This document shows positions 18,263 to 25,993 of a DNA stretch of 42,955 nucleotides, one piece after another. Location of the stretch: positions 1 to 42,955 of the forward strand of contig JAMBLH010000023.1 of assembly GCA_023336875.1 (NCBI GenBank). Direction: 5' to 3'. Each line of letters opens with the position of its first letter. Position 1 is the first letter of the stretch. The stretch is from Actinomycetes bacterium (lineage in GTDB: Bacteria; Actinomycetota; Acidimicrobiia; Spongiisociales; UBA5794). A model generated the notes under the pieces. The model did no database searches, was not told the DNA's origin, and saw only the letters and a list, made by a program, of their open reading frames with translations. A program made the position numbers and the translations under genes.

Positions 18263-18333
18263 ACGACATACGACGTACGACCTACGGCATAGGACAGGAT
18301 TCGGAGTCGTGGGTCGTACGTCGTACGTCGTTT
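18261..18333. repeat. Long inverted repeat (22-bp arms, 1 mismatch, 29-nt loop) in the argG-argH spacer
   Basis: aaacgacatacgacgtacgacc (18261-18282) pairs with ggtcgtacgtcgtacgtcgttt (18312-18333). The arms are built from acgacRt heptads. It starts inside the argG stop codon. Confidence 0.7.
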
Positions 18334-18355
18334 GTCGGGCGCACGGAGGGCGGCT

Positions 18356-19717
18356 ATGACTCTGTGGTCGGGTGGGCGTTTCGAGGAGGGGCCGTCTGAG
18401 GAGCTGTGGCGGTTCACGGTGGACACCTCCGATCGGCGAATGCTCGTCGACGACATCGACGGTTCCATTGCACACGCAACCATGCTTGGCGGCGTTGGTC
18501 TACTTACTCCCGATGAGGCGGCTGCAATGCTCGAGACTCTCGGAGCGATCAGGGATGAGGCAGTGGCGGGCAGGTTCGTGTTTATCGAAACGGACGAGGA
18601 TGTTCACTCGGCGGTTGAGCGGAGACTTGGGGAAGCGATCGGCGAGCTCGCGGGCAAGCTCCACACAGGCAGGTCAAGAAACGATCAGGTCGCGCTCGAC
18701 CTGAGGCTGTATCTCAAGCGGTCGGCACGCAGCCGTATCGACCAACTCAGCGCTTTCATCCGAGTACTGATCGATGTGACGGAATCGGTGGGTGATGCGG
18801 TTGTACCGAGCTACACGCATCTCCAGCAGGCCCAGGCGATCCCGCTTGCGCACCATCTGCTCGCCTATGCGTGGATGATCAAGAGGGACATTGAGCGATT
18901 CTCCGATGTGATGGCTCGGATCGACGTATCGCCCCTCGGTGCGGGCGCATCGGGAGGTTCGTCCCTCCCGCTCGATGTGGAGGCTTCTGCTGAGTTACTT
19001 GGCATGACGGCGATATTCGATAACTCAATGGACGCAGTCGGGTCTCGCGATGTCGCGGCGGAGTATGTCTGGTGCGCCACTCAGGCAATGCTGCACTTGT
19101 CGCGCCTGTCCGAGGAACTGCTGTTGTGGTCGACGAGCGAATTCGGTTGGGCCACCTTCTCCGACGCCTACACGACGGGATCATCTGCAATGCCACACAA
19201 GAAGAACGTCGACATTGCGGAGCTCGTCCGGGGTAGGTCGGCAGCAGTGATCGGAGACCTCACGTCGATCGCTGCCCTGCAGAAAGGCTTGCCCATGACC
19301 TACAACAGAGACCTGCAGGAGGACAAGCGGATCGTGTTTCACGCGGATGACACTCTTGCGGGTTCGCTCGAAGCTCTCGGAGGCATGTTATCAACCGCGG
19401 AGTTCCATACACCTCCGCCATCTGATTGGGTAACGGCTCTTGATCTTGCAGAAGCACTCGTTGGTAGAGGCGTCCCGTTCAGAGTCGCGCATCTCCTCGT
19501 TGGAGGACTGGTCACCGAATTGATAGCACGTGGAGAGTCATTCCATGATCTGACGGAGCAGCAGCTCACCGAATTCGATGGCCGATTCGAGGGGGCCGAC
19601 CTCGCGGTGTTCGACGTCGGTGCCTCGGTGGCCGCTCGCTCGACGCACCGAGGTGGATCCATGGAATCGGTCGAAGCACAAATCCGAGACCTCGAAGCAT
19701 TCCTGACTCTCGGCTGA
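18356..19717 (+). CDS. argH: Argininosuccinate lyase
   Basis: MTLWSGGRF start after GGAGGG. Fumarate-lyase signature GSSAMPHKKN. Confidence 0.93.
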   Translation: MTLWSGGRFEEGPSEELWRFTVDTSDRRMLVDDIDGSIAHATMLGGVGLLTPDEAAAMLETLGAIRDEAVAGRFVFIETDEDVHSAVERRLGEAIGELAGKLHTGRSRNDQVALDLRLYLKRSARSRIDQLSAFIRVLIDVTESVGDAVVPSYTHLQQAQAIPLAHHLLAYAWMIKRDIERFSDVMARIDVSPLGAGASGGSSLPLDVEASAELLGMTAIFDNSMDAVGSRDVAAEYVWCATQAMLHLSRLSEELLLWSTSEFGWATFSDAYTTGSSAMPHKKNVDIAELVRGRSAAVIGDLTSIAALQKGLPMTYNRDLQEDKRIVFHADDTLAGSLEALGGMLSTAEFHTPPPSDWVTALDLAEALVGRGVPFRVAHLLVGGLVTELIARGESFHDLTEQQLTEFDGRFEGADLAVFDVGASVAARSTHRGGSMESVEAQIRDLEAFLTLG

Positions 19718-20121
19718 TGGCTGGCTACTCGGGAACGCCCCTCGCAAAGAAACTCGGGATCACGGACGGTTTCAAGGTGCTTGCCATATCTGGGCCCGCC
19801 GACCTCGATGAGTGGCTCGAACCTCTACCGGAAGGCGTGCGCATCGGGTCGAGGTTCCGCACGGCCGATATCGTGCTCGTGTTCGCAACGACTGCTGCTC
19901 AGATGCAGAGCGGTGTCGAGCGAGCCCTGAGCGCACTACCGAAGGAGGGAGCAATGTGGCTGTGCTGGCCGAAGAAAGCGTCCGGAATCGAGAGTGAGCT
20001 CCAATCACGCGACATTGTGATGGACCACATGTTGCCCCTCGGATTGGTTGACGTAAAGGTTGCCGCCATATCGGATGTGTGGTCCGGCCTCAGGTTCGTG
20101 ATCCGTAAGGAGCTGCGCTAG
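19717..20121 (+). CDS. DUF3052-like protein
   Basis: N-terminal GYSGTPLAKKLGI is characteristic of actinobacterial DUF3052 proteins (from memory). The start overlaps the argH stop (TGATG). Confidence 0.65.
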   Translation: MAGYSGTPLAKKLGITDGFKVLAISGPADLDEWLEPLPEGVRIGSRFRTADIVLVFATTAAQMQSGVERALSALPKEGAMWLCWPKKASGIESELQSRDIVMDHMLPLGLVDVKVAAISDVWSGLRFVIRKELR

Positions 20122-20128
20122 AGCCGTC

Positions 20129-20311
20129 CTACGCAGCTTCCTGGGCGGGGACCAGGGTCAGGCAGTCAGGACACGCAGGATCGCTGCAATTGGCAATAAC
20201 CTCAACGGTGAGTCCGCCTGCGTCGAACCAGGCCTCGAGCTTGCTGTTGCTCATGGCCATCAGGTCGTCGGTCTTGGTGGTGCGTGTGAGTGTGATTGAT
20301 TCCATGTCCAC
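20129..20311 (-). CDS. Small hypothetical protein (60 aa) with C-terminal CxxxxCxxC
   Basis: GC-rich third codon positions throughout the frame. NCSDPACPDC near the C-terminus. No recognisable family. Confidence 0.4.
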   Translation of the reverse strand: MDMESITLTRTTKTDDLMAMSNSKLEAWFDAGGLTVEVIANCSDPACPDCLTLVPAQEAA

Positions 20312-20393
20312 AACCTATCTCGTGGGTGTGACAGAAAACGAAATCAGGATGCGGCGCCGATGGCTGAGTCCTCGTAGCTGATAGCCTGAGACC

Positions 20394-20741
20394 ATGGAAC
20401 TGAAGCGATATGCGGACACGGCACCGTTCATGTTCGGGGATTTCGAACTGCGAGAACTCACACCTGACGCCTATGGCGGGTCGTCGTTTGCTGAGATCAT
20501 TGTTCCGATCGGTGCGGACCGCACGCCGCGGGTTTCAGAGAAGGACCATCGCATGTATGTCGGGCTGGTCGGTGAACTCGAGTTCAAGGTCGACGATGAG
20601 GTCTTCCATCTTTCGCCCGGTGATGTGCTCCACATCGACAAGGGGGAGACCTATGGCTTCCACAACGGTGGCTACGAGGAGGGTCGATTGCTTCTCATCC
20701 GTGTCCCTGGTCCCCTGCTACCTGGTGCCGCACAGCCCTAG
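20394..20741 (+). CDS. Cupin domain protein
   Basis: 115 aa. The beta-barrel-type motif GDVLHIDKGETYGFHN is preceded by YVGLVGELEF. Confidence 0.65.
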   Translation: MELKRYADTAPFMFGDFELRELTPDAYGGSSFAEIIVPIGADRTPRVSEKDHRMYVGLVGELEFKVDDEVFHLSPGDVLHIDKGETYGFHNGGYEEGRLLLIRVPGPLLPGAAQP

Positions 20742-20769
20742 GAGTCTCCTAGTTTCACGACACGAGGGC

Positions 20770-21435
20770 TCAGACGCCTCTCGGAAGGACATAGCGCCAG
20801 ATCATCACGAAGTGAACAACGCTCGCTGTAACGACCATGATGTGGAACACCTCGTGATAGGAGAACACGCGAGGCCACAGCCTTGGACGGTTCGTGACCA
20901 GCAGCAACATCCCGATCGAGTAGATCAGGCCCCCAGCGAGCGCTAGTGCTGAACCTGCCCATCCGAGTTCCTGGACGAAGGTCCACGCGATGCCTGCCCC
21001 GAGCCACCCCATCGAAATCGCGAGGATCATTGAGAACGTCTGCTCCTCACGGGGGAAGAACGTGTGCTGGAGAGCACCGAGGGCAACAAGCGCCCATGCA
21101 GTACCAAGTACGGCCCACTGCGCCCATCCGTCGAGCATCACGATTGCGATCGGCGTGTATGTGCCTGCGATGAGTACGAGGATCATCGAGTGATCGACGC
21201 GCTGCATCCGTTTCTTCCATGCATCCCTCCAGGGGATCGCGTGGTACAGAGAACTTGTCGTATAGAGAGCGACCATTGCAAGGCCGAAGACGATTGCTCC
21301 AAAGCGGACACCCCAGTTCGGTGACACCCATGCAAGAAAGCCTGTGCCGAGGAGGGCAGCGACCGCAGCGCCGCTGTGAAGGAATCCGCGAACGGGGTTC
21401 TGCATCTTGCCAAGGGTCCAGCGCTGAGTCTCCAT
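20770..21435 (-). CDS. Hemolysin III / PAQR family membrane protein
   Basis: Seven hydrophobic segments. SSLYH, DHSMI and HEVFH motifs. ATG 21435 (METQRW...) is preferred over the ORF-track start at 21564, which would overlap uppS. Confidence 0.8.
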   Translation of the reverse strand: METQRWTLGKMQNPVRGFLHSGAAVAALLGTGFLAWVSPNWGVRFGAIVFGLAMVALYTTSSLYHAIPWRDAWKKRMQRVDHSMILVLIAGTYTPIAIVMLDGWAQWAVLGTAWALVALGALQHTFFPREEQTFSMILAISMGWLGAGIAWTFVQELGWAGSALALAGGLIYSIGMLLLVTNRPRLWPRVFSYHEVFHIMVVTASVVHFVMIWRYVLPRGV

Positions 21436-21533
21436 GAGGGAGAGAGTATCGCCAAATTTGGGTATCCGTGCAAATTCTGTGGACTTCAGGGAATCCCTCT
21501 TGGGTCGGTGTGGCTCTAGGCTCGGCGTAGCCG

Positions 21534-22334
21534 ATGTCGATTGGAGTATCGGTGCACGTACCAAAGAACCTCAAGAAGCCGATATATCAGGTCTATGAGC
21601 AGCGCCTCCTCCAGACCCTCGACCATGAAGGACTGCCGCAACACATTGGTGTGATCCATGACGGACATCGGCGATATGCAAGGGCGGAAGGGCTCCCCGA
21701 CTACGCGGCTTCGTATCGGGTGGGAATGGAGAAGTTCGTCGAGTTTCTCGGTTGGACAGGCGAGCTCGAGATCCCTGCTGTTACCTGTTGGTTGCTATCC
21801 ACGGAGAATCTGGCTCGCCCTGGAGACGAACTGAGACCCTATTACGACGTGTTGATCGAACTTTTCGACCGGATACCGAAAACACCCGCTGGCCAGAATG
21901 TGACCGTGCGGTTCATCGGGAGTCTCGATCTCCTGCCTGCCGACCTGGTGGAGGCCACCAAACGACTCCAGGAGTCATGTTCCACAGGAAGCCGACGCGT
22001 CACCATTGCCCTCGCATACGGGGGGAGACAGGAGATCGTCGATGCAGTGCGCGAGCTCGTTGGCAAACTCGCAGCTGATGGAACCCCGGCTTCGGAGATA
22101 GCAGGGCACATCGACAGGGACACCATCTCTGCCGGTATGTATGCTTCCGACCTGCCCGATCCGGATCTCGTACTCCGCACATCTGGCGAGGCAAGGCTGT
22201 CAGGGTTCCTGCTGTGGCAGGCCGCCTATGCCGAGTACTCGTTCGTCGATGTGTACTGGCCGGCTTTCCGCCATATTGACTTCCTTCGAGCCCTGCGCGA
22301 CTACACCAACAGAGAGCGCCGCTACGGCAGGTGA
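21534..22334 (+). CDS. uppS: Isoprenyl (cis-prenyl) transferase, UppS family
   Basis: IGVIHDGHRRYA, LSTENL, RTSGEARLSGFLLWQAAYAE and ERRYG motifs. Confidence 0.9.
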   Translation: MSIGVSVHVPKNLKKPIYQVYEQRLLQTLDHEGLPQHIGVIHDGHRRYARAEGLPDYAASYRVGMEKFVEFLGWTGELEIPAVTCWLLSTENLARPGDELRPYYDVLIELFDRIPKTPAGQNVTVRFIGSLDLLPADLVEATKRLQESCSTGSRRVTIALAYGGRQEIVDAVRELVGKLAADGTPASEIAGHIDRDTISAGMYASDLPDPDLVLRTSGEARLSGFLLWQAAYAEYSFVDVYWPAFRHIDFLRALRDYTNRERRYGR

Positions 22335-22528
22335 CCGTCCGACTCGGTGGTTCGGTCGATGCCGGGGATCTCGTACTGCCCGCTGAGGACTTCCATTGAC
22401 GGGAGATACTGGCTGAGACGTTCGATGTTGGTATGGGCACAGGCACCCAGGTCGATCCTGCGTACGAGGGACGTACATTCCCCTTCACCGGCGCGCTCGA
22501 CCGGGTTGTAGTCACCTTGACAGACCAC
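22322..22528 (-). CDS. Possible small hypothetical protein (68 aa, GTG start)
   Basis: This is the only ORF in the 300-bp gap with GC-rich third positions, and it is on the same strand as the upstream phosphatase gene. No recognisable motif, so it may be spurious. Confidence 0.25.
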   Translation of the reverse strand: MVCQGDYNPVERAGEGECTSLVRRIDLGACAHTNIERLSQYLPSMEVLSGQYEIPGIDRTTESDGHLP

Positions 22529-22638
22529 GCCGACGCATCACCAGCGCCTCACGAGTTCGTTGACTGACCAGTCGCGCCGCCACGCCAATGCTGTCGACTA
22601 GATGCGAATTCGGCCAGTGAGGGCAGAGAACCGGGCAG

Positions 22639-23364
22639 CTATCTGGATCGCAGTTCCGACGGGATGTGATCCTGGTCATTGAATGTGCGCAGGCTTGGCA
22701 CATAGGCACCGGCGAGTGGGATAAATTTTACCCTCGCGAACGAACCGTGGAAGAGAACGTACTTCTCCCACTCCCAGGGTGACGGTGGCGCCCCCATCAG
22801 GTGAGCCAGACAGACCGAGTTGGTACCACCATGGGCAACTATGACGATCCGGCCCAGTTCATCACTGACGTCCCAGAGTCTCGGATCCTCGTGGTTCCGC
22901 GTGATCCCCCGGTTGGCAAGCAACGCGTCGAGTGCAGTGGTGACGCGATTGTGAAAGTCGCGAAACGGCTCACCACCGGGAAGGCCGTCCCACCACTCGT
23001 CCGGAGTGCGATGCCTGGTGGTCCTGAAGATGTCGATAACAGCCTCTTCGGTCACTCCTTCCCAATCGGGCATCTGAATCTCAACCAGGTCATCGATCGT
23101 CGTAATTGTCAGCCCCGTTGTCGTTGCTATCGGGTCAGCAGTCTCCTGGGAACGAATCGCTGGTGACACGATCAACTCCGTGGCAGTGGCTTTCTCGTCG
23201 GTTGCTATGCGCGCGGCAGCGAGTGTTGCCTGTTTGCGCCCAAGCTCCGTGAGGTGAGGGTTGGGCTGGGAGAGACCGTCGATGGCCCATTGGGGCTGTC
23301 CGTGTCGTACGAAGATGATGTCCATCGGTGGGAGGCTAACCCGGAAAGAACCAGAGGCCGCCAT
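22639..23364 (-). CDS. Histidine phosphatase (phosphoglycerate mutase-like) family protein
   Basis: IIFVRHGQP catalytic RHG motif and downstream HGG (VAHGGT). The start could instead be ATG 23325. Confidence 0.8.
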   Translation of the reverse strand: MAASGSFRVSLPPMDIIFVRHGQPQWAIDGLSQPNPHLTELGRKQATLAAARIATDEKATATELIVSPAIRSQETADPIATTTGLTITTIDDLVEIQMPDWEGVTEEAVIDIFRTTRHRTPDEWWDGLPGGEPFRDFHNRVTTALDALLANRGITRNHEDPRLWDVSDELGRIVIVAHGGTNSVCLAHLMGAPPSPWEWEKYVLFHGSFARVKFIPLAGAYVPSLRTFNDQDHIPSELRSR

Positions 23365-23460
23365 ATTGGCGGCCTCGGTCCGGGCTTAGACGGGAGGTTA
23401 GGAAGGCATCCTGTCTGACTACCGTATCGTCCATCTGGATACAGCACTTGAGAGGTTTTC

Positions 23461-24021
23461 TTGGATTCTTTCTCGGCCCGTAAATCGGCCCTTATCGCGC
23501 ATCTCGTTGAGCACTCGGTACGAACCGACGGCCCGTTCACACTTCGCTCCGGTGAAGTCTCGGCGTGGTACATCGATGCCCGTCAAACAACGTTCTCGGG
23601 CGAAGGTGCGTGGCTCGTTGGCAGAGCAATGCTCGCTGAGATCCCCGGAGGCATCGACGCGATCGGGGGCATGACCATGGGCGCAGATCCGATTGCCGTG
23701 GCATTAGCGATGGTTGCTGCTGATGAAGGTGTTGACCTGGCGTCGTTCTCGATCAGAAAGACCGCGAAGGGCCACGGTACTGGTGGTCGTCTCGTCGGGC
23801 CGATCGGCGCTGGGTCAAGAGTCGTTGCGCTTGAGGACACGACGACCACGGGTGCAGCGCTGGGGGAGGCCATCGAAGTGCTCAGGGAAGCCGATGTGGT
23901 TGTGGTCAGGGTTGTTGCTCTGGTAGACCGTTCGAATGGCGCGACTGCAAGGCGCATTGCCGAGCTCGGCGTACCCTATGTTGGACTGGTGACCCCCAGG
24001 GACCTCGGAGTTGAGCTGTAA
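23461..24021 (+). CDS. pyrE: Orotate phosphoribosyltransferase
   Basis: FTLRSGEVSAWYID and PRPP-binding loop VVALEDTTTTG. TTG start after GAGAGG. Confidence 0.85.
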   Translation: MDSFSARKSALIAHLVEHSVRTDGPFTLRSGEVSAWYIDARQTTFSGEGAWLVGRAMLAEIPGGIDAIGGMTMGADPIAVALAMVAADEGVDLASFSIRKTAKGHGTGGRLVGPIGAGSRVVALEDTTTTGAALGEAIEVLREADVVVVRVVALVDRSNGATARRIAELGVPYVGLVTPRDLGVEL

Positions 24022-24024
24022 CAA

Positions 24025-24681
24025 ATGCGTGCCTATCGATCACCTCTCAAGCTATTCGTCTTCGGCATCATTGGCATCGTGCTAATAGCTGCCGCTGCTG
24101 ACATCTTGTTCGGTCACTGGCTCTCGACGGCCCCTGACACCATCGACACCGCTCTCACGACTCGTGGGCGGGCACAACAACGCGGTGATGTTCTATGGGG
24201 CGGGGTGATGCTTGTTGCCGGCATCCTCATATTCGGCGGATCGGTGATAGAACTGTTCAGACGGAGGGCAACCGTTGTTGTTGGGAGCGAGGGGCTTGTT
24301 GTCGGCTCGGATGCGGCAGAGGGTCTGATCCCGTGGGCGAACATAGAGTCGATCTCAAGCACAGTCGTTTCGGACCCCTATGACGGCAGCATGCGAGAGC
24401 AACTCGTGGTCGAGTTGCAACCCAATCAGGCCATCGACAGCACTGTGGTCGAATCCGCCACCGGTGGAGGAACGATCTACGTGGATGCCCACGACTGGTC
24501 CAACCGCGTGACGGAAGTCGCGCTCGCTGCTCAGGGAGCTCACGATCATTATCAACGGATGGAAGCTGTGCGGTCCTACGAGCCGCCATCGATCGAGTGG
24601 GAGACCACTGTTGACCAATTGGATGTAGCGGAGTCGGACGGGGACACCGCCGGCGGGGAATCAGAAGAGAGTGACGAATGA
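24025..24681 (+). CDS. Hypothetical membrane protein (2 TM, acidic C-terminus)
   Basis: Two N-terminal hydrophobic helices. Begins 3 nt after pyrE, and its stop overlaps the nfo start (ATGA). Confidence 0.6.
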   Translation: MRAYRSPLKLFVFGIIGIVLIAAAADILFGHWLSTAPDTIDTALTTRGRAQQRGDVLWGGVMLVAGILIFGGSVIELFRRRATVVVGSEGLVVGSDAAEGLIPWANIESISSTVVSDPYDGSMREQLVVELQPNQAIDSTVVESATGGGTIYVDAHDWSNRVTEVALAAQGAHDHYQRMEAVRSYEPPSIEWETTVDQLDVAESDGDTAGGESEESDE

Positions 24682-25436
24682 TCATCGGATCGCATGTGAG
24701 CCCACAGGACCCACTTGGGGAAGCCGAAGCAAGGCAAGCCGACGCGGTGCAGATCTTCATGTCGAATCCGCAGCAGTGGAAAGCACCCATTCCACGCGAG
24801 GACACGGAGCTGCTCAAGGCATCACCCATCGAGTTCTACGTACATGCGCCGTATCTCCTGAATCTTGCTTCTCCCAACAATCGGGTAAGGATTCCTTCCC
24901 GAAAGGCGCTCGCCCAAACGGTTGAAGCAGCAACAACGATTGGTGCCAGAGGAGTGATCGTGCACGGCGGAAGCGTTGGGCCCGATGAGGAGCAAGCCGT
25001 TGGATTCGAGCGGTGGCGCAAGGCCCTTGATTCCTTCGACGTGACCGTTCCTGTGCTTGTGGAGAACACGGCTGGAAAAGGGAACTCGATCATGCACGAT
25101 CTTGAGAACTATGGCCCTCTCTGGGAGCAGATAGGTGACCGCAATGTTGGCGTCTGCCTTGATACGTGCCACGCGTGGGCGTCGGGGGCCGATCTTGAGA
25201 ACGCGGTTGGCTTGATTTCAGATGTCGTGGGCGGTGTCACCCTCGTGCACGCCAACGACTCGAAGGATGAGGCCGGCTCACATCGCGATCGCCACGAGAA
25301 TTTCGGCGACGGCTTCATTCCAGAGGAACTGCTGATCGGTGTCATCAAGGCGGCCGATACAGATGTGATTGTTGAGACTCCTGGGTTGGTCGAGGGCCAG
25401 TCTGCTGACATTGCATGGCTTCGTGAGCGGTTGTAG
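24678..25436 (+). CDS. nfo: Endonuclease IV (AP endonuclease family 2)
   Basis: HAPYLLNL, VVHGGS, ENTAGKG, DTCHAWA and HANDS motifs. Confidence 0.85.
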   Translation: MIIGSHVSPQDPLGEAEARQADAVQIFMSNPQQWKAPIPREDTELLKASPIEFYVHAPYLLNLASPNNRVRIPSRKALAQTVEAATTIGARGVIVHGGSVGPDEEQAVGFERWRKALDSFDVTVPVLVENTAGKGNSIMHDLENYGPLWEQIGDRNVGVCLDTCHAWASGADLENAVGLISDVVGGVTLVHANDSKDEAGSHRDRHENFGDGFIPEELLIGVIKAADTDVIVETPGLVEGQSADIAWLRERL

Positions 25437-25977
25437 CCAGTCGCCGATCGACCTCGGTGTTGCCGTCCCCTCGGAGCCGCTGGACCTTGCGATCGACTAT
25501 TCGCCGTCCGTTCATCATGGACATGATGCAGGGACGACCCACAATGTGCCGGTATCGAGTGGTCATTCGATCTCATACGGTGGCAGGGGGTACGAGCTTG
25601 ATTCCTATCATTTCCACACGCCGAGCGAGCACTCGATCGCTGGTGAGTTCGCGGCGGCAGAGATCCACCTGGTCCATACGAACGCTGCCGGTGACGTCGC
25701 CGTCCTTGGCGTGCTGGTTGACGAGAAAGAAGAAGCTGCGGGACCACTGCATTTCGGTGAGCCAACCTCGATCGAGTCGCTCCTGCCGGACACCACGACA
25801 CACTATGCGTACGAGGGGTCGCTCACCAGACCGCCCTACACCGAGGGTGTCGTATGGATTGTGATGAAGGAGCGAATCACCCGGCGTCCGGAGTGGATCG
25901 AGACGTTCAAGGAACAGTACGGTGCAAACAACCGACCTCTTCAACCCCTCAATGGACGCACCGTCACGCTCGGATAG
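25369..25977 (+). CDS. Alpha-class carbonic anhydrase, possibly a lipoprotein
   Basis: QSPIDL, zinc ligands in YHFHTPSEH and AEIHLVH, YEGSLTRPP, NNRPLQPLNGR. The TTG 25369 start gives MLRLLGWSRASLLTLHGFVSGC (lipobox VSGC) but overlaps nfo by 68 nt. In-frame alternatives are TTG 25411 and GTG 25423. Confidence 0.8.
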   Translation: MLRLLGWSRASLLTLHGFVSGCSQSPIDLGVAVPSEPLDLAIDYSPSVHHGHDAGTTHNVPVSSGHSISYGGRGYELDSYHFHTPSEHSIAGEFAAAEIHLVHTNAAGDVAVLGVLVDEKEEAAGPLHFGEPTSIESLLPDTTTHYAYEGSLTRPPYTEGVVWIVMKERITRRPEWIETFKEQYGANNRPLQPLNGRTVTLG

Positions 25978-25993
25978 GGTGCATCTCCGGAAC

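Noticed and set aside
22529-22638. Possible ncRNA or terminator in the gap after the histidine phosphatase gene
   Set aside because: No stable stem-loop or conserved motif could be identified by eye. Only the weak 68-aa ORF downstream (listed with low confidence) stands out.
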